A stretch of 52,681 bases of DNA from an uncultured Lachnospiraceae bacterium (GTDB lineage: Bacteria > Bacillota > Clostridia > TANB77 > CAG-508), in the NCBI GenBank assembly GCA_964613425.1, contig CAZTHC010000002.1:1-52681 (forward strand), given 5' to 3'. The notes below the pieces were generated by a model that was not told the DNA's origin, ran no database searches, and saw only the letters and a list, made by a program, of their open reading frames with translations. Positions 27,538 through 37,407 of this stretch are shown one piece after another; the first letter of the stretch is position 1, and every line of letters begins with the position of its first letter. A program made the translations under genes and the position numbers.

Positions 27538-30147
27538 TTATCCATTAATATATAATTTTAACATTTTAACTACGTCTCTTAGATTTACTATTCCATTATC
27601 ATCTAAATCTGCTGCTTCAAAATATGCTCCTTCTAATTTTTGTACATCTAAGTTGTGTTTTATTGCTCTTAAGACTCCTGGTAATGTTACTTTTCCAGTT
27701 CCTGTTACATCTCCTTCAACTGAAACTGTATATATTTTATTATTTGCAACAACCTTCATACCTGTTACAATTTCTTTAGTTTTATCTGTAACTTCTTTTC
27801 CAGATTTGTCATAAATCTTTGAACTTTCTGAAGCTCCAATATTACTTAAAACTTTAGTTATTACAGTATTTGTTTTTACCTTTGAAATAATGCTATTTTC
27901 TTCATCTATTTTATATTCTGTCGGATTTTCACCAGGTTCTTCTGTTGGTTCTTTTTCATTTGATTCATTTACTATCAATATACATGTTTTCTTTATTACG
28001 GTTCCTGGTATTGAAGCTGTTACAATTGTTGCTCCATTTGATATTGCTGTTACATATCCAGTTTCTGAATCTATAATAGCAACATTTGGATTACTACTTT
28101 CCCATTCTACTGTTTTATCTTCTGCATCCTCTGGTAATACAGTTGCTATCAATTTTTTTATACTTCCCTTTGAAACTGTTACTGTTCCTTCTAGTTCTAA
28201 GGACTCTGGCTGTACTATTCTTTTTGTAACTACTATTGTATATGATGCTTTCTTTCCATTTGAAGTTGTTCCTGTTATTATTGCAATACCTTCAGCAATA
28301 CAATTTACTTTGCCTGTTTTGCTATCTACTGTTGCAACAGCATTATCACTACTTTCATAAGTTATTGTTTTATCAAAAACCTCTGTTGGATATATTGCTG
28401 CTGTCTCCTGAAGTTTGTCTCCTGGGAAAGCTAATATTTCTTTATTTGCAAATTCTAGTGACTCTGGTAATACTTCTGGTTCCAAAACCTCTACTTCACA
28501 TTGTATTAGACTATGGATTCTCATTTCTACACCGTTCTCATCTACTTCTTTAGCATAATATGGTGTTACCATTCCTACTAATGCTTTTCCTGGATTCAAT
28601 GCTGTTATTTCACCATTTTTTGTTATACTTAAAACTTCTAATCCATCTTTTTGTGAAACAGTGGTTACTTTCCATTCTAATGATTCATTTGACATCTCTA
28701 CGCCAGCTTCATTATATATAGGCAAGTCTGTTCTATTACCTTTAAAATTTACATGCATCAACTTTTTCTCGCCTACTGCCATTTTTGAATTTGGCTCTTC
28801 AAAACTCACTCCTGTTACTGGCTGACATGCAACATATAGCACCATTGTAGTGTTTTGCATATTCATATGTTCTCCTCTACTTACGTTTAATGCATTTCCA
28901 TCAGAATCTGTTCTATACCAATCATCAGTAGTTCCTACAGCTGTTCCCCAGCCTACTACATCACTTTGTGTTCCTGATGTTCTAGTTCCCATATATTCTG
29001 TGTCTCTAGTATATATATTTAGTTGTGTTACTCCTTGTTTCATTCCTGTTACAACCAAATCTGCTCCATTACTAGAAATTTTTGCAATACCGTCTGTAGT
29101 TATTTGTCCGTCTGTATAATTTTGTATAGTAATTGCACCTTTTCCATCTGTTCCGACACTTCCAACTCTTTTTGAATATGTATCACCTACTTTTTCAAGA
29201 ATTACAGAATTAAAACTCATATCAAATTTTAACTCTCTTTCTATCAGTGCCCCAACAGTTACCGTTACTGGTTCAGTTTTCTGCGTTGCAATAACAGCTC
29301 CACTTAAATCTTTTATTGTTACTTCTGCACTTATTGTACTAGTTCCTTGACTTAAACCTCTTATTGTAGTCCAAAAAGATGTTGTGCACTCATTAGTTGC
29401 AGATATTACAGAAGGATTTGATATAATCCACTTTACAACTGTACTATATTGACATGTTACATTTTTCCATACTATAGCTTGTCCAAAGTCTACAGTTGTA
29501 GTATCACCTACTGCTAAATTGTATCCGCTTGAACTTATAGCTATTCCTGCACCTTCCGCTTTAAGTACTTGATCTGTAACTTGAACTTCACACAATGTAA
29601 TTTGTACAGTTTTTCCACTTGCCAATTCCATTATTTCAATTTTTACAGGTTTTGTAGTTCCATTTGTACATTTTAATCCTCTTATTCTTAGATTTGTTTG
29701 TAAATGCGTAGACACTGTTGGATTACTTGCATCTGAAAATCCATAAACTTCTGCTATTTTATTATATTGTGAACCTTCTTTTGCTTGAAAAGTTTCAAAA
29801 TATCCTTCCGAATCATCTATACACTTTACTTGAAATAATGCTGAATTCTCATATATATCTGGATCCACCTGTGTATTCCCTATAGGCACAAAATTAACTA
29901 CTATATTTGTACTTCCATATGGTGATTGTGGTATTTGAATTTTTGAACTGCAATTTGCAGAAACTCTATATCCCCCAATTTCTCCTCCATATATTGTACT
30001 ACCTAAATTAATACTTTTTAAATCTGTTGTCGTAATATTAGCTTCCAATCTTTCATCCACCGATGATGCTATTGATACTGTACTTGGCATTAACATCATT
30101 CCGATAATTATTACCACTAATCCCATTTTTAAACTTTTACTTTTCAT
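27538..30147 (-). CDS. Secreted Ig-like repeat protein with C-terminal X-module and dockerin (paralog of 24571..26757)
   Basis: Signal peptide. Shares the GGYRV... N-terminal domain with the 728-aa protein. Big_2-like repeats (e.g. ITYESSDNAVATVDSKTGKVNCIAEGIAIITGT). C-terminal GDVTGTGKVTLPGVLRA ... ADLDDNGIVNLRDVVKM. Confidence 0.75.
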   Translation of the reverse strand: MKSKSLKMGLVVIIIGMMLMPSTVSIASSVDERLEANITTTDLKSINLGSTIYGGEIGGYRVSANCSSKIQIPQSPYGSTNIVVNFVPIGNTQVDPDIYENSALFQVKCIDDSEGYFETFQAKEGSQYNKIAEVYGFSDASNPTVSTHLQTNLRIRGLKCTNGTTKPVKIEIMELASGKTVQITLCEVQVTDQVLKAEGAGIAISSSGYNLAVGDTTTVDFGQAIVWKNVTCQYSTVVKWIISNPSVISATNECTTSFWTTIRGLSQGTSTISAEVTIKDLSGAVIATQKTEPVTVTVGALIERELKFDMSFNSVILEKVGDTYSKRVGSVGTDGKGAITIQNYTDGQITTDGIAKISSNGADLVVTGMKQGVTQLNIYTRDTEYMGTRTSGTQSDVVGWGTAVGTTDDWYRTDSDGNALNVSRGEHMNMQNTTMVLYVACQPVTGVSFEEPNSKMAVGEKKLMHVNFKGNRTDLPIYNEAGVEMSNESLEWKVTTVSQKDGLEVLSITKNGEITALNPGKALVGMVTPYYAKEVDENGVEMRIHSLIQCEVEVLEPEVLPESLEFANKEILAFPGDKLQETAAIYPTEVFDKTITYESSDNAVATVDSKTGKVNCIAEGIAIITGTTSNGKKASYTIVVTKRIVQPESLELEGTVTVSKGSIKKLIATVLPEDAEDKTVEWESSNPNVAIIDSETGYVTAISNGATIVTASIPGTVIKKTCILIVNESNEKEPTEEPGENPTEYKIDEENSIISKVKTNTVITKVLSNIGASESSKIYDKSGKEVTDKTKEIVTGMKVVANNKIYTVSVEGDVTGTGKVTLPGVLRAIKHNLDVQKLEGAYFEAADLDDNGIVNLRDVVKMLKLYING

Positions 30148-30226
30148 TTTTTTGCATCTCCTTATATAAATATTAATTTATTTAAATTTATAACATATAT
30201 AGTTATATTGCACCATATTATGTAAA

Positions 30227-33200
30227 TTATTTCAATATTAATTTAATTAATTTGGTCATATCCAATAAGTTAATTATTCCATCTGAATTAATATCTGCTG
30301 ATTCAAATTGAGCTCCAGTTAATAGTTCTTTCTCCAAAATATGCTTACATATCTTTAAAGCATCAACTATCGTTGCATTTCCATCTTTATTTACATCTCC
30401 TATTATAGAAATTTCGTAAATCTCTTCTCCTATTTTCATTTTCATCCCTGTCTTCGCTTTTAATGTCATATCTTTGATTTCTTCTGTTCCATTAAAGAAC
30501 TTAATCGTTTCTTCTGTAGTTATTTTTTCAATTATTTCTGATAATGTTATATTTCTAGGTATTTTTGAAATTATTTTTTTCACATCATCCAATCCAAATT
30601 CTGTAGTTATCTTTTTCTCTTCATCACCAGGTTTTTCTTCTGGCTCTTCTTCTACTTTTGTAACTATAATCTTTTTAGATGCAACAACTCCACTTCCATC
30701 TTTAGCTGTTGCAATAATATATGCTACTCCAGCTTTTTTTGCTTCTATACTTCCAATTTCCGAATTTATTGCTATTATATCTGTATTTGCAGTTTTCCAA
30801 GTAACTTCACAATTTTCTGCAGTTTCAGGTAACACTGTTGCTTTTGCATTAATTTTTTCTCCAACTTTCATTGTTTCTAAAACTTCTATTACAATTTCTT
30901 TAACATGTTGTGTTACTTTAATTTCAAAAGTGCTTAATATTGCTCCATCTATTGATGCTGCAGCTATACTTGCAGTTCCTGGTCCTACTGCTGTTATCAT
31001 ACCAGTCTCACTATCTATTTTTATTATTTTTTCATCATTGCTTATCCAACTTACAATTTTATTCGTTGCATCCTCTGGTAATATTATAGCTTGCGCTTGT
31101 GCAGTTTCTCCACCTTCTAAAATTTTTGGAGCAACTATTTCTATACTTTCAACTAATCTAATTACTTCTATATTATATGCCTTAAATATATTTCCATCTT
31201 TTGCACTCACTATTATAGTTGTTCTTCCTATAGAAATAGGTTGCATTTCTCCAGTTTGTGAATTTATTTTAACTATATCTTCATTTAAACATTTCCATTC
31301 TACTTCTTTATTTGTTGCATTTTCTGGCATAACAGTTGCAACTAATTTTTCGTTTATTCCCATACTAAGTTCACTTTTTCCTGTTATTGTAATATCTTCA
31401 ACTAATATTGGTAAAACTTCTATTTCAATTTCATCGCTTACTTCTCCATTATATGATATTGCTTTTATTTTTGCCTTTCCAACACCTTCTGCCATTATTT
31501 CCCCTGTAAACTTGTTAATTGATATTACTTCTTCATTATCACTGTACCATGCAACATTAATGTTTTCTGGCTCTGTTGTTGCATTTAATATGGTTTTATC
31601 CCCTATTAACATTTCTGATTTGTCATTAATTACTATATTAGTTACTTCTATTGGTTCTTTAACTTCTATTTCTATTATATCTATAAGCTCATTGTTCGCT
31701 TTTAATCTTGCAACTATTGTAGCTTTTCCAACAGATAAAGCTTTTATTTCACCTGTCACTTTATTTATTTTTATAACAGATGTATTACTACTTGCCCATT
31801 CTACTTCTTTATTTGTTACATCTTCTGGCGTTATATTTACCTTCAACATTAAATCATCATACAAATTCACTTTTTCTGGTTTTTCTATTTTTATACCAGT
31901 TGCAGTTATTTCTTCTTTAACTTCTATTTCATAGCTTGCTGTTACTTTATCATTATTAACTAATGTAACTGTTATTGTTGCTTTTCCCTCTTTTAATGCT
32001 TTAAATTTACCAACTGTTTCATCTTCGATTAGTAAAATCGTTTCATCACTTGTTGTCCATTTTATATTTTTATTCAAAGAATTCTCAGGTGCTACTGTAG
32101 CTGTAAGTTCTCTGATTTGCCCTACTCTTACATCTTCTATCTCAGATATTTCTATTTTACTACCTTGAATTTCTGCTAATACTTTTAATTCTAAATCTGT
32201 TTTTATCTCTTTGTTACTAATTAGTAAAATCGAAATTTTAACTTCTCCTTCTTTCAATGCTTTTACATATACTTTTTCTTCTTTTCCTATAATTTTTGCT
32301 ACTGTTTCGTCACTTGAAACAATACCCACATCTAAATCTGTTGAATTACTTGGTAAAACTGAAAATACCAATTCTTTTTCTTCTCCTACATGTATATCTT
32401 CTATTTTCTCTATTTTAATACTTTCTGTTGCTACTTCAGTTTCTGTAACAGAAAAAGTTCTAACTGTAATACATTTAGATTCATCTTGTGCTATTGCTAT
32501 AATATTTACCAATCCTTTAGATACCGCTTCAAATTCCCCTGTTTCTCTATTTATATTCAAAATTTTCTCATTAGAGCTATACCATTTTACAGATTTATTA
32601 GTAACGTTTTCTGGAGCTATTGTTACTTCAAAAGTTTTTTTATCTCCAACTTTTATTTCTTCAATACCATTTATTGAAATTGATTTTGTTATTATAGGTA
32701 ATACTTCTATCTCTAATATTCCTAATATCTCATTAGTTTCCTTTGCTAATGCAATAATATTTACTTTTCCAAGCTTATTTGCCTTTATTTTTCCTGTAAG
32801 AGCATCAATTGATATAATAGATGCATCATCACTCATCCATTTTATTTCTTTACTTGTTTGTATATCTAGTATTGCTTCTTCACCTAGTTTTATAGTCTGT
32901 TCTCCTTCAATACCTTTTGTTACAACAGTTATTTCTTTTTCTTCTTGAATTCCTATTACATCTTTCCCATTTACCATTAAAACACTTTTTGCTGTTATTG
33001 TTGCTGTTCCTTCTGCAATTCCTAAAATTTCACCAGTCTCTTTATTTACTTTTAATATGTTTTCATTACTAGATTCCCATGTAACACTTGTTGTATCCTT
33101 TGCTTCTGCTGGTAAAACAGTTGCAGTTAATGTTGCTTTTTGGTCTACTTTTATAAAATCTTGTCCTTCTATTGTAATAGTTTCTGGTACCTTTACAACT

Positions 33201-33700
33201 AAAACTTTATATATAGCAACATTCGAATATTCAACCGAAGCTGCTAGCACTGTTGCTATTCCTTCTTTTTTTGCTGTTATTTTTCCAGTTTCTGAATCTA
33301 TTGAAATTACATTTGGATTATCTGTACTCCATCTTATATCTTTATTAGTTGCATTTTCTGGTTCTATTTCTGCTATTAATTCTACACTTCCATCTATATT
33401 TATTAAATTTAAGTTACCTACCTTTGTTTGTAATCCAGAAATTTGTATTTTAGTTATTGGAATTATTCTTTCTATATCTTCGCCGTCTTCCTCTGGTGGT
33501 TCTGCTCCTGGGCCTACTGCTGCATTCTCTTGTTCACCAACAGCAATATTTTCATCCAAACCCATAATCGTACTTGACAAGGTTCGTAATTTCATTGTTC
33601 CTTGATTTTCAATTATCATAGTACCAATTAATAAAATTATTAACAATAATAATATAGCAATAGTAGTAAAAACAATAATCCTTTTAACACTTTTAGACAT
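30227..33700 (-). CDS. 1157-aa cell-surface protein: N-terminal TM/signal anchor, about 11 tandem Big_2 domains, X-module, C-terminal dockerin
   Basis: Reiterated ~85-aa units of the form ...L.A.V.PE.ATNK.V.W.SSN..V..I...TGE+.A...G.A.I.A... C-terminal GDVNKDGNATIVDALKI ... ADINSDGIINLLDMTKL. Confidence 0.8.
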   Translation of the reverse strand: MSKSVKRIIVFTTIAILLLLIILLIGTMIIENQGTMKLRTLSSTIMGLDENIAVGEQENAAVGPGAEPPEEDGEDIERIIPITKIQISGLQTKVGNLNLINIDGSVELIAEIEPENATNKDIRWSTDNPNVISIDSETGKITAKKEGIATVLAASVEYSNVAIYKVLVVKVPETITIEGQDFIKVDQKATLTATVLPAEAKDTTSVTWESSNENILKVNKETGEILGIAEGTATITAKSVLMVNGKDVIGIQEEKEITVVTKGIEGEQTIKLGEEAILDIQTSKEIKWMSDDASIISIDALTGKIKANKLGKVNIIALAKETNEILGILEIEVLPIITKSISINGIEEIKVGDKKTFEVTIAPENVTNKSVKWYSSNEKILNINRETGEFEAVSKGLVNIIAIAQDESKCITVRTFSVTETEVATESIKIEKIEDIHVGEEKELVFSVLPSNSTDLDVGIVSSDETVAKIIGKEEKVYVKALKEGEVKISILLISNKEIKTDLELKVLAEIQGSKIEISEIEDVRVGQIRELTATVAPENSLNKNIKWTTSDETILLIEDETVGKFKALKEGKATITVTLVNNDKVTASYEIEVKEEITATGIKIEKPEKVNLYDDLMLKVNITPEDVTNKEVEWASSNTSVIKINKVTGEIKALSVGKATIVARLKANNELIDIIEIEVKEPIEVTNIVINDKSEMLIGDKTILNATTEPENINVAWYSDNEEVISINKFTGEIMAEGVGKAKIKAISYNGEVSDEIEIEVLPILVEDITITGKSELSMGINEKLVATVMPENATNKEVEWKCLNEDIVKINSQTGEMQPISIGRTTIIVSAKDGNIFKAYNIEVIRLVESIEIVAPKILEGGETAQAQAIILPEDATNKIVSWISNDEKIIKIDSETGMITAVGPGTASIAAASIDGAILSTFEIKVTQHVKEIVIEVLETMKVGEKINAKATVLPETAENCEVTWKTANTDIIAINSEIGSIEAKKAGVAYIIATAKDGSGVVASKKIIVTKVEEEPEEKPGDEEKKITTEFGLDDVKKIISKIPRNITLSEIIEKITTEETIKFFNGTEEIKDMTLKAKTGMKMKIGEEIYEISIIGDVNKDGNATIVDALKICKHILEKELLTGAQFESADINSDGIINLLDMTKLIKLILK

Positions 33701-33943
33701 AGTAATTTCTCCTTTTACAGCTTTTTTATTTAATTATAAGTATTTTTTTGAAAAAATCAACCCTGCAAGTACTGATATTAAAAGGTTTTGCATTAATTTT
33801 GCTTAGGGATTTTAGGATTTTTTAACTATATTTTATTTATATTACATTATAAAAAAAAAATTTTTTTAAGGCATATTGTCTGCAAATGTGTATTTTAATA
33901 TGATTTCATGTCTTTTTTTGCAATATTTTAGAATTTCATCCAA

Positions 33944-33980
33944 TAAAAAAAGCTAAACTGCCTACGGCTGTTTAGCTTTT
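33944..33980 (-). terminator. Rho-independent terminator after the YabE-like gene
   Basis: Minus strand: AGCTAAAC (11-nt loop) GTTTAGCT followed by TTTTTTT. Confidence 0.6.
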
Positions 33981-33993
33981 ATACCATTTTTTA

Positions 33994-34977
33994 TTACATA
34001 TAAATATAACATTCTAAATTTTTTCTACCAAACTGTAGTGCTGCACTGTGAGAACTAAAGAATATATCCATCTTATTGTTAGATATTGCTCCCCCTCTAT
34101 CTTGTACTACAAACCATCCACCATTTGGTTTTCCACTTAATGCTGGAACATATATTATTGTTCCCATTGGATAATATCTTCCTGCTGCAACTGTATACCA
34201 TTCAGAAGCTTTTGCTCCTGAAGCAGTTATAGCATTTGTTTTACCACAACAACTTATACATGCACAATATGCAGAAGCATTTAATGTTTTTATTATTGGT
34301 GTTTTACCTGCAACTTTTGCTGAAAGTGTTGCAGCAACATTACCATTAATCCTTGGTTCTGAATATCTAGAAGTTTGTTTTGTTTGTATTTGTACTATTT
34401 TATTTTTTGGTTGCCTTATTACTTCTGAAGATAATTCTACTTTTTCTATCTCTATATCATTTTGATATTTAATTCTATAAGTAACCTTTCTTAAACCATT
34501 CTTACCAGCTTGTATTACCTTATTTGCTGTATCCGTTGAACCGCTTGAAACATCTTTTGTAATAGTTTCAAATGGTATTTCCTCTTCTACAGTTACTATT
34601 TTTTCTGTTATTGGTGCATAACCTTTTAATAAGCTATCTAGTTCTACAGTTTCGTTTTCATTAGATGCAACTGTAGTTTCTAATTTTAAGTCATCTGCTT
34701 TAGAAATTTTTATTGTTTTTTTATCTGTAATTTCTTCTTCTAATGCTGGTACTACCATTTCTTCTGGTAATATTATTATATGATTTTCTTCTAATATTTC
34801 TGAAACTTTAGTTTTTCCTGTTAAAACTGTTATTTCATGATTATTAGCGAATTGTATTTTTACTGAATTTACTTTAGAATTTCCTGCTATAACTCCTATT
34901 CCTAAAAGAAAGATTAATATTACTGCAAGTACTATTATTTTCTTTATGGATACGGAAGCATTTATATTCTTTTTCAT
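33994..34977 (-). CDS. YabE-like cell-wall protein (DUF348 / G5 / 3D domains)
   Basis: N-terminal TM, G5-like segment (VIQAGKNGLRKVTYRIKYQNDIEIEKVELSSEVIRQP), C-terminal 3D domain (GRYYPMGTIIYVP...VVQDRGGAI..NKMDIFF). Neighbourhood with tatD resembles the Bacillus yabD-yabE arrangement. Confidence 0.75.
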   Translation of the reverse strand: MKKNINASVSIKKIIVLAVILIFLLGIGVIAGNSKVNSVKIQFANNHEITVLTGKTKVSEILEENHIIILPEEMVVPALEEEITDKKTIKISKADDLKLETTVASNENETVELDSLLKGYAPITEKIVTVEEEIPFETITKDVSSGSTDTANKVIQAGKNGLRKVTYRIKYQNDIEIEKVELSSEVIRQPKNKIVQIQTKQTSRYSEPRINGNVAATLSAKVAGKTPIIKTLNASAYCACISCCGKTNAITASGAKASEWYTVAAGRYYPMGTIIYVPALSGKPNGGWFVVQDRGGAISNNKMDIFFSSHSAALQFGRKNLECYIYM

Positions 34978-35170
34978 TGCTTTTGTATACCCCCTTTTTG
35001 GTACTTCTCTATTATACTATCATTATCCAAATTTGTCAAATTATACTATTATTATATGTGTTGTCCCTTCAAATATGCTTGTTTATTCACACTTTTTATT
35101 TTTTTTTATATTATATATAAGTAATACATATTTTTTTAAATCATATATATTTGTAAAGGAAGTGATTTAT

Positions 35171-35323
35171 TTGAATAATATGGACATGGCGAAATTAATG
35201 TCTATGCTTGCAAAAATGGACAAAAAAGACTTAGAAGAAGGTTTAGCAAAGGCTACAAAAATTTTAAATTCTAAAGATAAAGACAAAATTATTAATAATC
35301 TTAACGATTTAAATAATAAATAA
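35171..35323 (+). CDS. Small 50-aa helical protein
   Basis: TTG at 35171 behind AAGGAAGTG. Reads (M)NNMDMAKLMSMLAKMDKKDLEEGLAKATKILNSKDKDKIINNL. The longer track ORF from 34946 overlaps the yabE-like promoter region and lacks an RBS. Confidence 0.4.
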   Translation: MNNMDMAKLMSMLAKMDKKDLEEGLAKATKILNSKDKDKIINNLNDLNNK

Positions 35324-35344
35324 ATTGGAAAGGAAAACAAATCT

Positions 35345-35761
35345 ATGAGTGAGGATTTCTCTGAGATTTTTGAAAAATTTAAAACCATGGTGGACAATGA
35401 TACTATTCCAGATAATGTTAAAGAAGTTTTAAACAATATTAATTCAAACAATAATGAAAACGAAACTACAAATAGTTCCAATTCTTTAAATGATTTATTG
35501 AAAATGTTTTCTTCTAATAATAAAACAGAAGAAAAAGCTTCTAACTCCACAAATAATATAGACATTGAAACAATTCTAAAAATGAAATCTATTATGGAAA
35601 AAATGAACTCTAAGGATGATCCTCGTTCTTCCCTTTTACTTTCGCTAAAACCATATTTAAAAGAAAGTAGAAAAAATAAAATTGAACAATATATTCAACT
35701 ATTTAACATGAGTAAAGTTGTTGATGTTTTTAAACCTACAGGTGGTGATTCTAAAAAATGA
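35345..35761 (+). CDS. Hypothetical 138-aa Asn/Ser-rich protein
   Basis: RBS GGAAAGGAAA. Start/stop overlap (ATGA) with the next ORF. Confidence 0.5.
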   Translation: MSEDFSEIFEKFKTMVDNDTIPDNVKEVLNNINSNNNENETTNSSNSLNDLLKMFSSNNKTEEKASNSTNNIDIETILKMKSIMEKMNSKDDPRSSLLLSLKPYLKESRKNKIEQYIQLFNMSKVVDVFKPTGGDSKK

Positions 35762-36084
35762 TGTTTAATTATCCATATTCACGAAGTAGTTATGCTTCTT
35801 ATAGCCCTAGTGACTTCTCTGATGTATATAATAAAGGCTATACTAATTTTAGGAAAAGCAAATATAATAATTATTCGTATGAAATCTCTAAAAAACATCC
35901 AACTTCTAAATTAGAAATTCCAGAAAAAGCTGCAGAGAATAATACAAGGCAATCCTTTCAAATAATGGGAATCACCTTGTATTTTGACGATATATTATTA
36001 ATTTGTTTAATTTTCTTTTTATACAGCGAAGGTATTGAAGATCAGAGTCTCTTTTTATCGCTAATACTTTTACTTTTATCTTAA
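35758..36084 (+). CDS. Hypothetical 108-aa protein with a C-terminal TM segment
   Basis: Translationally coupled to 35345..35761. Hydrophobic C-terminus ITLYFDDILLICLIFFLY...LILLLLS. Confidence 0.45.
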   Translation: MMFNYPYSRSSYASYSPSDFSDVYNKGYTNFRKSKYNNYSYEISKKHPTSKLEIPEKAAENNTRQSFQIMGITLYFDDILLICLIFFLYSEGIEDQSLFLSLILLLLS

Positions 36085-36845
36085 ATATTGTATATTTTTT
36101 TAGCATTCTCATATGTTATTTTTGCAATTTCTTGTATTGATAAGTTCTTTACAGAAGCTATTCTTTCTGCAATATATTTAACATTAATTGGATTGTTTCT
36201 AGTTCCCCTAAATGGCTCTGGTGAAAGATATGGAGAGTCTGTTTCTATTAATAGTTTATCCATTGGAATAATTTCTAACACTTCTTCTACATTCTTAGAA
36301 TTCTTAAATGTTATTGGACCAGCAAATGAAATATAATATCCTAAGTTTAACGCTTGTTTCACTAAATCTACATTTAGTGGGCAGCAATGAAGAATTCCTT
36401 TCTTGTTGCAAATGGTGCTTTTAATTATGTCCAAAGTGTCATACATTGCATCTCTATTGTGTATTACTATTGGTAAATTCATTTTATTTGCTAATTCTAT
36501 TTGCTTAACAAATGCACTTTTTTGTTCTTCTTTATTTTCTTTATTCCAGTAATAATCTAAACCTATTTCTCCTATTGCAACAACTTTTCTATTTTTTGCT
36601 AGTTCCTCAATTTGTTTGATATCTTCTTCAAAATTCTCTGTAATCTCACCTGGATGAATACCTACAGTAGCATATATAAAATCATGTTCATTTGCTATTT
36701 TTATAGATTCTTTTGAGCCTTGTACACTATAGCCTACATTTACTATTCTTGTAATATTTTCTTTATATGCCAACTTAATCATTTCTTCTCTGTCTTCATT
36801 AAATTTTTCATCATTATAATGTGCATGCGTATCAAAAAATTCCAT
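36081..36845 (-). CDS. tatD: TatD-family metal-dependent hydrolase
   Basis: MEFFDTHAHYND start, EIGLDYYW, VIHNRDA, ETDSPYLSPEPFRG. Start moved to the ATG at 36845. Confidence 0.85.
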   Translation of the reverse strand: MEFFDTHAHYNDEKFNEDREEMIKLAYKENITRIVNVGYSVQGSKESIKIANEHDFIYATVGIHPGEITENFEEDIKQIEELAKNRKVVAIGEIGLDYYWNKENKEEQKSAFVKQIELANKMNLPIVIHNRDAMYDTLDIIKSTICNKKGILHCCPLNVDLVKQALNLGYYISFAGPITFKNSKNVEEVLEIIPMDKLLIETDSPYLSPEPFRGTRNNPINVKYIAERIASVKNLSIQEIAKITYENAKKIYNI

Positions 36846-36847
36846 GT

Positions 36848-37219
36848 TTATTCTCCTATTATAGCTATAGCAACTGCTACAGCATATTCTTTGCAATGAG
36901 ATATGCTCAAATCTATATTTTGAAGTTTCTCTATGTTTTTATTTAGTATAGAAACATATGGTTTTCCTGTATTATCATTTTTTATTTCTATATCTTTCCA
37001 TGAAATACCGTTTATATTTAGAGTTGAAATTGCCTTGAAAACAGCCTCTTTACTTGCGAATCTGGCAGCATAATGCTGGTATTTTACATTGTTCTTACTT
37101 TCGCAATATTCTATTTCTGCTAAAGTATATATTTTATTAATAAACTTATCTCCAGTTTTTTCTATACTTTCCTTAATTCTAGATATTTCTATAATATCTG
37201 TTCCACAAAATGTTTGCAT
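36848..37219 (-). CDS. acpS: Holo-[acyl-carrier-protein] synthase
   Basis: GTDIIEISRIKESIEK...FASKEAVFKA...HCKEYAVAVAI. Start at the ATG at 37219, behind AGGAGTG. Confidence 0.85.
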   Translation of the reverse strand: MQTFCGTDIIEISRIKESIEKTGDKFINKIYTLAEIEYCESKNNVKYQHYAARFASKEAVFKAISTLNINGISWKDIEIKNDNTGKPYVSILNKNIEKLQNIDLSISHCKEYAVAVAIAIIGE

Positions 37220-37264
37220 TTTCACTCCTATTTTTATTCAATATGTTTATTTCTTGCGATACAT

Positions 37265-37346
37265 TAGCCAAACGCAGGTGATATATTTTTCTTTTCGAGC
37301 AACGAGGAGAAAAGAAAATATATTATCACCGACGAGATTTGGCGGA
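37265..37346. repeat. 82-nt imperfect-palindrome element, copy 2
   Basis: 81/82 identical to 10409..10490. Followed 21 nt later by a canonical REP-like unit, so together they form a ~140-nt composite. Confidence 0.7.
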
Positions 37347-37367
37347 CTGCTTAATCATTTTATTTTT

Positions 37368-37404
37368 GGGGCGTATACAATACGCCCCTACGGTTTGCAC
37401 TATG
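37368..37404. repeat. REP-like unit (canonical copy)
   Basis: TTTTTG GGGCGTAT aca ATACGCCC CTACGGTTTGCACTATG. Abuts the stop codon of 37408..38646. Confidence 0.7.
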
Positions 37405-37407
37405 TTT

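Noticed and set aside
30474-33605. Long plus-strand ORFs in the track (486 aa at 30474..31934, 245 aa at 32211..32948, 182 aa at 33057..33605). Similar antisense ORFs lie at 27890..28360, 24635..25009, 22512..22940, 18471..18815, 8542..8862 and 35167..35565.
   Set aside because: They are shadow ORFs on the opposite strand of well-supported genes. They encode low-complexity S/I/F/L-rich peptides, lack RBSs and arise from the codon bias of the real minus-strand genes.
34946-35170. N-terminal 75 codons of track ORF 34946..35323.
   Set aside because: This part overlaps the start and promoter region of the minus-strand YabE-like gene. It encodes a hydrophobic low-complexity peptide with no RBS. 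A TTG at 35171 with AAGGAAGTG upstream gives a plausible 50-aa protein instead.
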